The notes: a model not told the origin generated them from the sequence alone. A DNA stretch of 64,000 nucleotides from Candidatus Poribacteria bacterium (GCA_965215015.1 OZ244042.1:5879282-5943281); one strand, 5' to 3'. Counted from the first letter of the stretch, positions 28,370-38,699 are shown. Translations and numbers: made by a program.

Positions 28370-31085
28370 AGGCTATCCCTTTGGGCTTTGTCAGGAATAA
28401 GTCCGGGGAAAGACTTCGATCCGTCACTAACAGTTCCATGATACGATAGTCTTTGAGTTTTGCTTTGTAGTTTTTTATTGACTTATCAGAAGTAAAATCT
28501 CTAGCTGGAAAAGTCGCGTGCACTGTCGCCCACCAGCGTTCATCATTAAGTTCCCAAACAACCTGTGCCTTTTGGACGATGAGATTATACTTTTTTGCTT
28601 CAAAAACTTGCTCGTTGATGACATCGCAAAGTGTTGATTTCAACTCGTCAGGGATTTCATCGAGCAGCGCGGGGTACTCGCTGCCGCCCCCCACCAATGC
28701 GTTGACATCCCCAAAATAGACCTTGTAGTATCCGAGAACACCGTTTTTATCGAAAATAAACTCCAATCCCTCCATGCTAAAGGTACTAGAAATACCTGGG
28801 ACAAGGGCACCATAGGCAAATCGCTTAGTACCGTTGGGGAGGGTCGGTGGGGGGTCAAGGATTTCGACGGGTTCTCCGTACTTTTCGATGACTTGGTCCT
28901 CGCTCAATCCGACGAAGAGCGCGGAAGGTAGTTGCGATTTTGGGATACGGTTTTTCGGATAGATTGTCCGTCGTTTTCTGGGTAAGAAACTTTGTCGCTT
29001 TTTCGCCCGTTTCTGAGCAGTGGTTTGGCCCGATTGATCGGGATTTACCGCCGCTCCAGCCTGTTGCGTCTGCTCTAATCTCTTTTGCGTTTCACGCTGC
29101 TGTTGGAGCACATTAAGCCGACGACGTACTCTACTGTTTTGTGGGTAGGTCTTGAGTACCCCTTCCCATAACGCGATTGCTGCATCGGGATTCTCCTCTG
29201 AGAGGTAATATTCGCCGAGCGCGATGGGCGCGGCATCAGAAACCGGATCTTTTTCTATCGCTGTCTCAAAAGCGGCAATTGCTGTCTCTACATCTCCCTC
29301 AAGCAACGCCATCTGCCCACGTCCATAGGCTATCAGCGGATGGTTGGGATATTCAGCAGCAAGGGTATCTAGCGTCCCTTGCAATGGGGCAGCCCCTATC
29401 GCCCGGTCATTTTGATATTCTGCCAGCACCGCCTGTACCTTTGCATATAAGATATGGTCATCGAGATTTCGTTTTTCAGATGGAGTGATGTCATCGTGCT
29501 CTTTCTCCAATTGGGCAATGCGTACCGCCGTTTCGTATTTTGATTTCGCCCGGAAGTAGTTACCGTATTTATAGCATATATCTCCCAATTCTTTTGCGCC
29601 GATGTAGGTATGACCTTTGGTATCGATTATGTCCTGAAAGATGATAGCCCTTTTTCTCTCTTTAAGCTGATAGTTAAGCACCTCAGCGAGACTTTGGATC
29701 GAATTGGTGTAATCCGTGTCCCTAGCAATGCTCCGCTCAAAAGACTCAACAGCTTTGTGCAGATTCCCTATCTCTTTATAGGTTAATCCTAGCCGCCAGT
29801 AGATTTCCGGGTCTCTCGCCCGATTCAATCCTACAATAGGTTGAAGTGTCTCAAACACTCTTTCGTATTCTCCATCGTTGTACTGACTCGCAGATGAAGT
29901 GATAACAGCCTCAAGCACTTCTACATTTTTTCCCGCGCCTTCTTTCAAAACCTCAGCCGCTCGCTGATACATGCCTACCTTGCGGTAGCAAACCGATAAA
30001 CGGATATAGTCATAGGGGTCAATCTTTTTACGGTTTTCTTTCGCGACTTCTATCGCACGGAAGTACAGTGCCCCGGCATTCCGATAGTTCTGAATAAGAA
30101 AATTGAGGTCTGCAATCACTTTAACCATCGTTTGTGTTTCATCGTCGTTTTGGCCTGAACGTCCGTGCCCCCCGCCCTCCCAAGGGTTCCCGAACTCCCT
30201 TATGACTTCTTCGGGGGTTATACCGAAACCGGCGTTCCCGTATGCTGCATAACCCATCGCAGGACTGAACTCAGCACCACCGCGCGGCCGATCGCGCTCG
30301 CGACGCTTCAGCCGCCGCTCCTGTGCACGGTCATACGGTGTACCCGAGTCGTTCTCCGGCTGCGGGATACGCGCACCCATTGATTGGAGTTCTCGTCTGG
30401 CATCGTCAATTGCCTCTGCCGCCCCTTCGACGCTGTTATACTGTTTGATGAGAGATTGGTAGGTCTGTTCCGCTGCGCTTCTGTCTTTCAAATATTCCTT
30501 TTGGATTCGTGCTTTATTGGTTAAGGCTTGAGCGGCGCGATCACTCGCTGGATAGCGGTTTACAACATTGTCGTAGGTTGCGACCGCTTTCTTATAGGCC
30601 CCGGCTCCCTCATAACTTTTTGCCAGCATCAGTTGAGCATTATGGCTCAGATTTCCAAGGTTAGGAAATTTGTTGACAATAGCGTCAAAAGATTGTTGGG
30701 CCGATTCATAATCCTTCACTTTGAAGTAATAGATTCCTAGGCGATAGTGTGCTTCAGCGGCTTCGCCACTATCAGGTACAGCGGCGATAAGGTCCCGATA
30801 AGTTTTAACACCCAGTTGGGGTTGGCTCATCTTGTCGATGTATAGTCTAGCAATGCCTAATTGCGCGCGGTAAGCCTCTGGCGTTCCGGCTTTGGAGCGG
30901 ATCACCGCCTGATAGGTATCAATTGCGCCTTGATAATCTTTTTCATGGGTAAATTTTTCTGCTTGTTTTTGCGTACTCGTTGAAAGACACGCATATTGGG
31001 TCAACATTGTGATAACGGCCATCACCACAAAAACGGTCATCCGAATAATGGACGAAGGGGAAATATAAGGTTTAATAGTTTTCAT
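28356..31085 (-). CDS. tetratricopeptide repeat (lipo)protein, paralog 3, with extra C-terminal domain
   Basis: TQYAC signal; TPRs; C-terminal KRRTIYPK...GLSEDQVIEKYGEP domain. Confidence 0.85.
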   Translation of the reverse strand: MKTIKPYISPSSIIRMTVFVVMAVITMLTQYACLSTSTQKQAEKFTHEKDYQGAIDTYQAVIRSKAGTPEAYRAQLGIARLYIDKMSQPQLGVKTYRDLIAAVPDSGEAAEAHYRLGIYYFKVKDYESAQQSFDAIVNKFPNLGNLSHNAQLMLAKSYEGAGAYKKAVATYDNVVNRYPASDRAAQALTNKARIQKEYLKDRSAAEQTYQSLIKQYNSVEGAAEAIDDARRELQSMGARIPQPENDSGTPYDRAQERRLKRRERDRPRGGAEFSPAMGYAAYGNAGFGITPEEVIREFGNPWEGGGHGRSGQNDDETQTMVKVIADLNFLIQNYRNAGALYFRAIEVAKENRKKIDPYDYIRLSVCYRKVGMYQRAAEVLKEGAGKNVEVLEAVITSSASQYNDGEYERVFETLQPIVGLNRARDPEIYWRLGLTYKEIGNLHKAVESFERSIARDTDYTNSIQSLAEVLNYQLKERKRAIIFQDIIDTKGHTYIGAKELGDICYKYGNYFRAKSKYETAVRIAQLEKEHDDITPSEKRNLDDHILYAKVQAVLAEYQNDRAIGAAPLQGTLDTLAAEYPNHPLIAYGRGQMALLEGDVETAIAAFETAIEKDPVSDAAPIALGEYYLSEENPDAAIALWEGVLKTYPQNSRVRRRLNVLQQQRETQKRLEQTQQAGAAVNPDQSGQTTAQKRAKKRQSFLPRKRRTIYPKNRIPKSQLPSALFVGLSEDQVIEKYGEPVEILDPPPTLPNGTKRFAYGALVPGISSTFSMEGLEFIFDKNGVLGYYKVYFGDVNALVGGGSEYPALLDEIPDELKSTLCDVINEQVFEAKKYNLIVQKAQVVWELNDERWWATVHATFPARDFTSDKSIKNYKAKLKDYRIMELLVTDRSLSPDLFLTKPKGIAYESR

Positions 31086-31204
31086 GATTTATTCTCCTCA
31101 TCATTATAACGTGAAACTGAAACTTTTGCTGACATTGAGCATCCGTCATGGGGTTGTCCATTGGCTTTGGTGTAAATTTCCCCTTTTTCCCTTCAAATAA
31201 GCGG

Positions 31205-32338
31205 CTAGTACAGCCGCCTCGAGGCACATTCGTCAATGAGGTTTAACACAGACTGGCGATCATATCCTTCTTTTTCGAGAATCGTGTCGCAGTTAAGCAA
31301 GTTTTGTCCTTCTGGCTGTTTTCCTGCCTCAAGAATTGAATTGGTCAGCCAGCTGGTACGGATGCCATTGATTCCAGAGGTATAGTTTGTGTCATATTCT
31401 CCCTTGACTAAACCAACGAGCTGATCGATTTTGCTTTGCGGATACCCCTCAGGACGCTGGAATTTTAATGGTTGAGGTTCACCACCTTTGGGGATAAATC
31501 GGATACCGCCTTTAATTTCCAACGTTCCCTGATCACCTTCCAAAATAACCCATTCTTCAAAACCGGTGCGCGTATTGCCGAGTATGGCAATCGTGCCACT
31601 CGCGCCGTTATCCATTGTCACATTCGTGTTAGAATTAATTTCGACAGACTTCAGCACAAGTTGACCTGCGTCGTCCTCAAAGTTCATGTCGGTTGTGCCG
31701 TGTGCCGCCTTTGGCAATAGACCTGTCATCCAGAGGAAGATATCCTGTAAATGGCTTCCGGAATCGTTGGGTTGACCACCGCCGGAGAACTGCGGATTGC
31801 CGCGCCAGCCGGCACCACCCCAGCGTTGGGCGAGATAAACATCAAACTTCCGGATGGTGCCAATTAAGCCTTCGGAAATTGCTTGTTTTCCAGCGATGTA
31901 GGTGTTTTCATAGTGCCGTTGGTAACCCCCGACTAGATGCAAGTCGCTGCCCATTGCAATCTTGGTGATGGTAATTGCATCACCAACGACGTTTGCCATC
32001 GGTTTTTCTACCAGAACATGGCGTCCCGACCGCAGCGCATACCTGACATGAATATCGTGCAGAGAATGCGGTGAGAACACCCCAACGATGTCGAGATCTT
32101 CCCGATTCAACATCTCGATGAACTCATATTCGCCGATGTACCGTTTGAAACTGTTTTCCTGATAGCCTTCTACCCGTTCTCGTAATCCCTTTTCTAAAGC
32201 ATCAAGACTTTGTTCACTGTTATCAGCTGCAGCAACAATCTGGACATCGTCTCGTGTGGCAAAGGCGAGCGTGTTTCCACGCCCTGCGCCGCCCGGACCG
32301 ATAACGCCAACCCTGACAACGCTGTTTTTGTGTACCAT
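31205..32338 (-). CDS. Gfo/Idh/MocA family oxidoreductase
   Basis: RVGVIGPGGAG, HVLVEKPM, WR...SGGG...D.GSH.QD. Confidence 0.9.
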   Translation of the reverse strand: MVHKNSVVRVGVIGPGGAGRGNTLAFATRDDVQIVAAADNSEQSLDALEKGLRERVEGYQENSFKRYIGEYEFIEMLNREDLDIVGVFSPHSLHDIHVRYALRSGRHVLVEKPMANVVGDAITITKIAMGSDLHLVGGYQRHYENTYIAGKQAISEGLIGTIRKFDVYLAQRWGGAGWRGNPQFSGGGQPNDSGSHLQDIFLWMTGLLPKAAHGTTDMNFEDDAGQLVLKSVEINSNTNVTMDNGASGTIAILGNTRTGFEEWVILEGDQGTLEIKGGIRFIPKGGEPQPLKFQRPEGYPQSKIDQLVGLVKGEYDTNYTSGINGIRTSWLTNSILEAGKQPEGQNLLNCDTILEKEGYDRQSVLNLIDECASRRLY

Positions 32339-32368
32339 GAAGGTGTCTCCTTGATTCGACTATTTATC

Positions 32369-32616
32369 TGAAGGGTGCTCATAAAAAAGTAGTCGGCACG
32401 CCCCGCGTGCCGTAAATACAACCGTTATGGTATATGGACTGGCTTAACACCCAACTGCCATTAAAATCCCAACCCGAATGGGGAAAAACAAAATATCCCC
32501 AACCCCATAGGTGGGGCATCTTGCCTTATCTACCGCTTGAGCCCCCTATCTGTATCCGCGCAATCTGCCGCGTCTGCTGAGTCCGAGATTCAGACAATTA
32601 TTATGAGCACTCCTCA
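32369..32616. mobile_element. MITE-like element, copy C
   Basis: 16-bp terminal inverted repeats TGAAGGGTGCTCATAA / TTATGAGCACTCCTCA (2 mismatches); colinear similarity to 17581-17801. Confidence 0.7.
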
Positions 32617-33169
32617 ACTAGGTAAGTCCTATGTCCTATGTACCAATGAACTCTTGAACGATGTGGAAACAACAGTCTCAGCAACTCGCACCAAAGGTTA
32701 ATAACCGTTAATAACCATTGTGTTCAACATCGCCACAACCTGTTAATAGTGGGAACAGCAAGAAAGATAAAATGCATAGGTTCCTTAACCCCAAAGTGTC
32801 GGGACTTTTGTATCTTTTCTCAATTTTATCAAGTTGGGCAAAAGTCTCCGTTGGAAAAATGCAGCCAGTCAGCAAAGCTGCAAGTATAAATGGAAACGCT
32901 TGCCTAAAGTTTATGGCGAATATATGAACCTCTTTGTAATTGGCGGTGTGCTCGGATGATTGCCGTCCCTTTACCTACGCCTGCGTTGGAATGCCGAATG
33001 CGGAGACGACGTTTTCTGGTTAAACAAATTCATTTTACCATAGTCAGTGGGACTTTGCAACCGGGAAATCCTGACCTTTTCTAGGTTTTATCGTAAGGTG
33101 TTTTGAGGCAGGTGTGGGGCTATTGAAAGCTGCGCTGCCATAATTGCAAGGGGTAGGTCAATGGTTATA

Positions 33170-35902
33170 TCACTGAATCGGTGGGGGGATTACGTACGGC
33201 TCGTGTCCAAAAATGACCTGTCCGTTGAATACCACGGGCCGGTTTTCCGTTCTGTCTTTTGAAATCTGCCAAAGCTGACCGTTCGTTTCATAGAGGACTG
33301 CTGAACCATCAGGCACCCAAACCGGTTTTTCGCCGCCGTGGCGGGTCAATTGTTGTGTATTCGGTTTTCCGTCCGGGCTCAACTCAACCAGCCAAATCTG
33401 GCGATGCTGCCCTTCCGCGCGAGAGAAAGCGAGGAGATTCGGGGCTGACGGGGACCACGCAGGTTCTGCATCGTCTTCGGGCCCGATACTGATCGGATGA
33501 ACACGCCCACTCACGGGAGCGTAGCTATAGATATTCCGATCTGTACCCGCTTCTGGATTTTCGATACTTCCCCTTGTGCTGTACGCCAACACTTCTCCGG
33601 TTAGATTCCAGGCGGGTGTAAACATTTCTTGCGCTGTCGAGGGTATAGGGATTTCTTCTTGACTTAAAATGTGTCGAATATAGATGTGTTGGTGTCCCAT
33701 CTCCTGTCTTGCAAACGCAAGGTAGGCACCGTCCGGCGAGATGGTTACATCCGTTGCCAGTTCACGTCTCTCAAGCAATAATCTGTCCTGCGGTGCATCT
33801 GAACCGTGGAGGAGGACGTTTCCCTCAAGGTCTAGATAGATCAGCCTACCATCCAGCGAGACGGTTGGGCGGCTGCCGGCTGCCAACGGTCGTTGTATGC
33901 CAGCTGTCGGTATACATTCCCAGATGATATCGTCAAAATTATAGTAGAGCAGCGCGTTCAGCGGCGTTGTTTCAGGCGCATCGGTGCTCGGTCGTTGCAG
34001 ATGCTGCTCAAGCTGTTTCAGTTGTTCAAGTCCTTCAACTGTCGGTTCAAAATCTTTCCGGGTCTGTAATTTCCAGCCGGCTCCAACGGCTTCAAAGCGG
34101 AAGCGAACGCCTTGGGTCCAGTAGCACCATTCCTCGATTTGCCGTCCGAAACGGGTAAATTGAAACACATCTTCAGGCACCCCGTATTGGAGTTTAATCT
34201 CGGAGCGACCGCCATCCTCAATTTCAGCGATGTTACCTTCTACATCAATGTACATAGCGAAGATTTCAATATCAATATGTGGCGTGATATAATCTGCAAA
34301 CACGGAGACCCGTTGTAGCTTTTTGCTGCGAACAGGATGCCGTGTGCCGTAGATGCCGACGCCATCTCGTAAACCCGATTTTCGATCGCCATCGAGGTCA
34401 ACAACTGCCATGACGTAGTAATCCCCCGGTGGTATCGACACTTCATAGTGCCCATTATTTTCCAGATTTAAGGAGATTGCGACAGGTGATCGGAAGTCAG
34501 GCGTTTCTGAAATTGAGAGAATCCCCTCCTTAAATTCTTTCCCATCCCACCGAATCTGACCAGAAATGCCGCCGCTGGTATCTTGGCTCAGATCAATGGC
34601 ACCTTCAGCAACTGCTTCGAGTTGTCCCTCCGCGTTATACCGGGCACTCACGAAAATTGTGATTTCAGGGTTCGTTCCCGCCGCTAAGATTAATGCCAAA
34701 GGAGGGGTAGTTGTAATATCCGCGGTCCCATAACCACCAAGCCCATCTCCTAAGCTATATCTGCCATTACCATCCGCATCAACGTTTGCTATGAGATAGT
34801 AAGCCCCCGGCGGAAGTTGAAGCCTGAATTTCCCATCCTTGCTTACGCTAACCTGATGCACCTCTTTAAGCAACGCCGCCTCCCGGAAAACTTGAATAAT
34901 ACCTCCTTCCAACAGATTCCCGGCCCATCTCACCTTGCCGGAGAGCTTCGCCGTTGCGGTGCCAGCAGGATTCACTTCTACCGCAGATTCAGCCATCGGA
35001 ACGACTTGGTCTCTCTTTGCGTGTTTCCCGGTGATTGTAATATGGAGGTCCGAGACAAATCGGTTAGGGCTAACCAGTACAGGTTGAGGAAACGCTTGGA
35101 CCTCGCGCAGGTCCGAAATACCGTAGATACCCAGAGCATCTCCCGAATCAAAAAGGTTGGTGTTATTTTTATCAATGATTGCCATCAAGTAATACTTACC
35201 CGGCAACAGATTGAGCTCGAAGCTGCCATCCGATGCAGCCTGTGTTTCCCCAGCGCGATATTTCCATGAGAGGTCTGTATAGGCAAAGACAAGTGCGTTT
35301 GTGAACGATTCCTGCCCCTCATAGGTCAACTGTCCCTTGATGCCAGACGAAATCATCTCCAGTTCCGATTTAAATTGTTCCAGTGGATCTTCCTGATAGT
35401 CAGATAAGGAGACAATTTGTCCCTGTCCGTCAACTGCCTGCATTCTTGCCGTGATGATTATATCAATCCCTCTAATCATCTGCCGATCTACAACCTCGAC
35501 AATCTGTTTCTGTTGATTTGAATCATCCCAATTTGTGATGCCAAAAATCCCCATACCGTCGCCGGTATCAAATTTGCCAGAGCGATTCAGGTCCACAAAG
35601 GCAACGAGGTAATAACGCCCTGACTCAACACGTACTTCAAATTCACCACTGTTTAACTGTGTTACGCCGGTATAAAGATTCTGTAAGCTTCTATCCTTAT
35701 AAACCTGTACGGTTGTCTGCGATAGGTCTTGTCCGTCCCAAATGACCCTTCCCTTCAGCCCACTCGTTGCGCGTTCTGCAAAGTCTTCTATCATTTCTTC
35801 ATCGCTTTTGATTGAGGTGGATTGTTGGGACCAGGTTTGGTCAGTAAGCGCGATGAATATGACGATAATCGAAAAGGTGAACCAACTTCGACTCGGTTGC
35901 AT
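33170..35902 (-). CDS. exported protein with four beta-sandwich repeats and a C-terminal TolB-like (PD40) propeller
   Basis: Signal peptide; four G-x-YY-[LV]-x-A-x-x-D-x-[DN]-x-x-x-x-x-x-x-x-D repeats; ISPDG, PAWS and PVW.PDG blades. Confidence 0.75.
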   Translation of the reverse strand: MQPSRSWFTFSIIVIFIALTDQTWSQQSTSIKSDEEMIEDFAERATSGLKGRVIWDGQDLSQTTVQVYKDRSLQNLYTGVTQLNSGEFEVRVESGRYYLVAFVDLNRSGKFDTGDGMGIFGITNWDDSNQQKQIVEVVDRQMIRGIDIIITARMQAVDGQGQIVSLSDYQEDPLEQFKSELEMISSGIKGQLTYEGQESFTNALVFAYTDLSWKYRAGETQAASDGSFELNLLPGKYYLMAIIDKNNTNLFDSGDALGIYGISDLREVQAFPQPVLVSPNRFVSDLHITITGKHAKRDQVVPMAESAVEVNPAGTATAKLSGKVRWAGNLLEGGIIQVFREAALLKEVHQVSVSKDGKFRLQLPPGAYYLIANVDADGNGRYSLGDGLGGYGTADITTTPPLALILAAGTNPEITIFVSARYNAEGQLEAVAEGAIDLSQDTSGGISGQIRWDGKEFKEGILSISETPDFRSPVAISLNLENNGHYEVSIPPGDYYVMAVVDLDGDRKSGLRDGVGIYGTRHPVRSKKLQRVSVFADYITPHIDIEIFAMYIDVEGNIAEIEDGGRSEIKLQYGVPEDVFQFTRFGRQIEEWCYWTQGVRFRFEAVGAGWKLQTRKDFEPTVEGLEQLKQLEQHLQRPSTDAPETTPLNALLYYNFDDIIWECIPTAGIQRPLAAGSRPTVSLDGRLIYLDLEGNVLLHGSDAPQDRLLLERRELATDVTISPDGAYLAFARQEMGHQHIYIRHILSQEEIPIPSTAQEMFTPAWNLTGEVLAYSTRGSIENPEAGTDRNIYSYAPVSGRVHPISIGPEDDAEPAWSPSAPNLLAFSRAEGQHRQIWLVELSPDGKPNTQQLTRHGGEKPVWVPDGSAVLYETNGQLWQISKDRTENRPVVFNGQVIFGHEPYVIPPPIQ

Positions 35903-35987
35903 TTTTTTCTCCTGCTAATGCAATTGCAGATTGAGTGAGGGAACGAGCGTACAACGCATGTTCATAAAAGATGCGACTCATTGAGTT

Positions 35988-36929
35988 TCAGGTATCACAA
36001 CGCCGGAGAAACCAGTTAATGGTTCGGCGCAAACCTGCTTTGAGATCGACCTGGGGTTCATAACCCAGCAGTTGATGCGCTTTGTGGATATCCGCACGAG
36101 AATGCCGAACATCACCGGGACGCGACGATGTATAGACAGGTCTGGCATCGGTTCCCATCATTTCTCCGATGAGGCTTGCAAGCCTGTTGATTGAGGTCTG
36201 CTGGCCACACCCGATGTTAAAAACCTCTCCTGCAACACCTTCCACATGACACGCGAGAAGGTTGGCATGGACCGCGTTTGCAATATAGGTAAAATCTCTC
36301 GACTGTTCGCCATCTCCGTCGATTGTCGGCGAGTTGCCGTGCAGGTAAGCGTGAATAAATTTAGGGATAACTGCCGAGTATTGAGAAGTTGGATCTTGAC
36401 GGGGACCGAAGATGTTGAAATATCGCAAGGCAACCGTTTCTAAACCGAAAACCTGCGTGAAAACTCGACAGTAGCATTCACCAACGTATTTAGTGATAGC
36501 GTAAGGGGAGGCAGGTTGTGGGGAGAGTGCCTCAGATCTGGGAAGTGTCGGTATATTTCCGTAAGCTGATGAGGACGCTGCATAGACAACACGCTTTACC
36601 CCTCTATCCCTTGCTGCAACAAGGAGGTTCAAAGTGCCGTTGATGTTCACATTGTTGCTCAAAATAGGATCTGCAACAGATCTGGCGACTGAAGGTCGGG
36701 CACCTTGATGGAAAACATAGTCGATACCTGCAACCGCCTGATATACAGCCTCCAGTTCCCGCAGGTCTCCATCTATAAATTCAATTTGACCTTTGAGATG
36801 CGCGATGTTCTCGGCTTTACCTGTTGAGCAGTTATCGAACACACGCACACGCTCCCCTTTTTGCACAAGGGCCTCAACAAGGTGGGATCCAATGAATCCA
36901 CAGCCGCCTGTAACCAAATAATGTGCCAT
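35988..36929 (-). CDS. NAD-dependent nucleotide-sugar epimerase (extended SDR)
   Basis: TGGCGFIGSH, YAITK (YxxxK), LRYFNIFGPRQDP. Confidence 0.92.
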   Translation of the reverse strand: MAHYLVTGGCGFIGSHLVEALVQKGERVRVFDNCSTGKAENIAHLKGQIEFIDGDLRELEAVYQAVAGIDYVFHQGARPSVARSVADPILSNNVNINGTLNLLVAARDRGVKRVVYAASSSAYGNIPTLPRSEALSPQPASPYAITKYVGECYCRVFTQVFGLETVALRYFNIFGPRQDPTSQYSAVIPKFIHAYLHGNSPTIDGDGEQSRDFTYIANAVHANLLACHVEGVAGEVFNIGCGQQTSINRLASLIGEMMGTDARPVYTSSRPGDVRHSRADIHKAHQLLGYEPQVDLKAGLRRTINWFLRRCDT

Positions 36930-37047
36930 TAAAATTCTCCGGTTTTAACGTTTCGTTACCCCTACGCCGTTTTGGGTTAAGGGTAGAGCGGCACTGTTAG
37001 TTGCTCGCAGCAAAATCCCAATCCCTTGAGGCCCTATATTTAAGGGA

Positions 37048-37644
37048 CTACTCGATTTCTTCCTGATTAAGAATATCTTCAATCTCCTCCATTGAGGGGA
37101 GTACTGACAAATCTTTCAATCCAAACTGTTCCAGAAACTCATCAGTGGTTGCCAGGAGAAGTGAGCGTCCTGGACCGGGCTTCCGTCCAGCGATCCGAAC
37201 CATCCGCTTTTCGATTAGTGAATTCAGGACACTATCGCTGTTAACGCCTCGAATTTCTTCAACTTCGGATCGCGTCACAGGTTGTTTGTAAGCAACGATA
37301 GCGAGGGCTTCTAGAGCGGAGGGCGAGAGCTTGACGCGGACCTGGCGCGTATAGAATTTTTCAATCCACTGGTGGTACGCGGGGTGTGTACAGATTTGAA
37401 ACCCATTGGCAATCTCGATAAGCTGAAAGCTGCGACCTGTTTCCCGATACTCGTCCTGCATCCGCATGAGTTCTTGGCGGATTTGCCGGGGGGATACGTC
37501 GTCGAACAGTTGGCTGAACTCCTCCAACGAGATTGGCTCATTGGCAGCGAACAGAATCGCTTCGAGGATTGATTTGATTTCGTCTAGGTTAGGTACTAAC
37601 GTGTTAGTTGCATCTACGGTGATGGCATGTTTGATGTCAAGCAT
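37048..37644 (-). CDS. scpB: SMC-Scp complex subunit ScpB
   Basis: LEAILFA, LEALAIVAYKQPVTRSEVEEIRGV, TTDEFLEQFGL. Confidence 0.95.
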   Translation of the reverse strand: MLDIKHAITVDATNTLVPNLDEIKSILEAILFAANEPISLEEFSQLFDDVSPRQIRQELMRMQDEYRETGRSFQLIEIANGFQICTHPAYHQWIEKFYTRQVRVKLSPSALEALAIVAYKQPVTRSEVEEIRGVNSDSVLNSLIEKRMVRIAGRKPGPGRSLLLATTDEFLEQFGLKDLSVLPSMEEIEDILNQEEIE

Positions 37645-37699
37645 GGGCGAAGCTCCATTGGACTTAGGATCGGTGTTCAGGATGTGGTTTTGATGAATT

Positions 37700-37800
37700 A
37701 AATTCGACTTTTTGGAAGTTATCTAGCCCCTTCTCTGGTGAAAGCCTTGAATGTTCGCTTCAACATAATCAGTGATCTCCTGTTGTGTAAGGGGTTTCAT
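37700..37800 (-). pseudogene. relic N-terminus resembling PmeII-family restriction endonucleases
   Basis: ATG at 37800 after AGAGGA; MKPLTQQEITDYVEANIQGFHQRR, then TAG at 37723-37725; a shifted frame continues LDNFQKV. The family call is from memory. Confidence 0.4.
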
Positions 37801-37833
37801 ATTGAGCGTCCTCTATGCGATAAATGTGGCGTT

Positions 37834-38601
37834 TTACGTTCCACGCTTCACAAGATAGATGTTATCGAAATGCCCCGATTGCACAGCGACGATTCGCTGG
37901 AGGCGGATTAACTCCAAAGTTGCTAAAAATGTAACGATTCGCTCAAGCTTGCTAGCAAACTCTGAAAACAGTTCATCAAACCGGATCTGCTCACCGTCGT
38001 TAAGTCTACGCTCTAGAAACTCCATCTTCTCTTCAACGGTGATCTGTTCTTCCTGGACCTCCTCATAATAGTCATCAACTGCAAATTGCTGCTCGGTTAC
38101 ACCCTTGAAGGCGGAAAGGAGATCGAAGAGCGTTGCTTTAATCTGTACATCTCGCAACTCTTCTCCACCTGCGTATGGGTCTACATTGCGGCCGTGGATT
38201 TTCTCACGATTCGTTGCATAATAATCTAGCACTTGGGCAGCTTCCTTAAACTGCTTGTACTCCAAAAGCTGTTTGACCAGTTCTGCCCTGTCTTTGAAGG
38301 TGTAGGATTCATCTGAGGCTACTACCGGCAAAATACTCTGAGATTTAAGATACAGCAATGTAGCTGCCATGACCAGGAATTCGGAGGCAACATCAAGATC
38401 TAGCATCTCCATGAGATTGAGATATTCCAGATACTGTTCCGTAACTTCTGCAATTGAGATGTCCGTAATCTCCATCTCATTTCTTTGGATTAGATGGAGC
38501 AGCAAATCCAGAGGCCCTTCAAAGATATCTAGCTTAATTGCATAAATAGGTTTTAGCGGTTGAGACGTCTCAGTTGAGGTAGCTGATGCTATTGGTTGCA
38601 T
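37834..38601 (-). CDS. scpA: segregation and condensation protein A
   Basis: FEGPLDLLLHLI, EFLVMAATLLYLKS, VTFLATLELIR. Confidence 0.95.
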   Translation of the reverse strand: MQPIASATSTETSQPLKPIYAIKLDIFEGPLDLLLHLIQRNEMEITDISIAEVTEQYLEYLNLMEMLDLDVASEFLVMAATLLYLKSQSILPVVASDESYTFKDRAELVKQLLEYKQFKEAAQVLDYYATNREKIHGRNVDPYAGGEELRDVQIKATLFDLLSAFKGVTEQQFAVDDYYEEVQEEQITVEEKMEFLERRLNDGEQIRFDELFSEFASKLERIVTFLATLELIRLQRIVAVQSGHFDNIYLVKRGT

Positions 38602-38699
38602 ACATGAATTCCTTGGACAATCATTAAACCTCACGAAGCTTTCAAATAGAGGAGATCTAATCTGTCGAGCAATGCAATCAGTCTTTTTGTAAAATTGAT

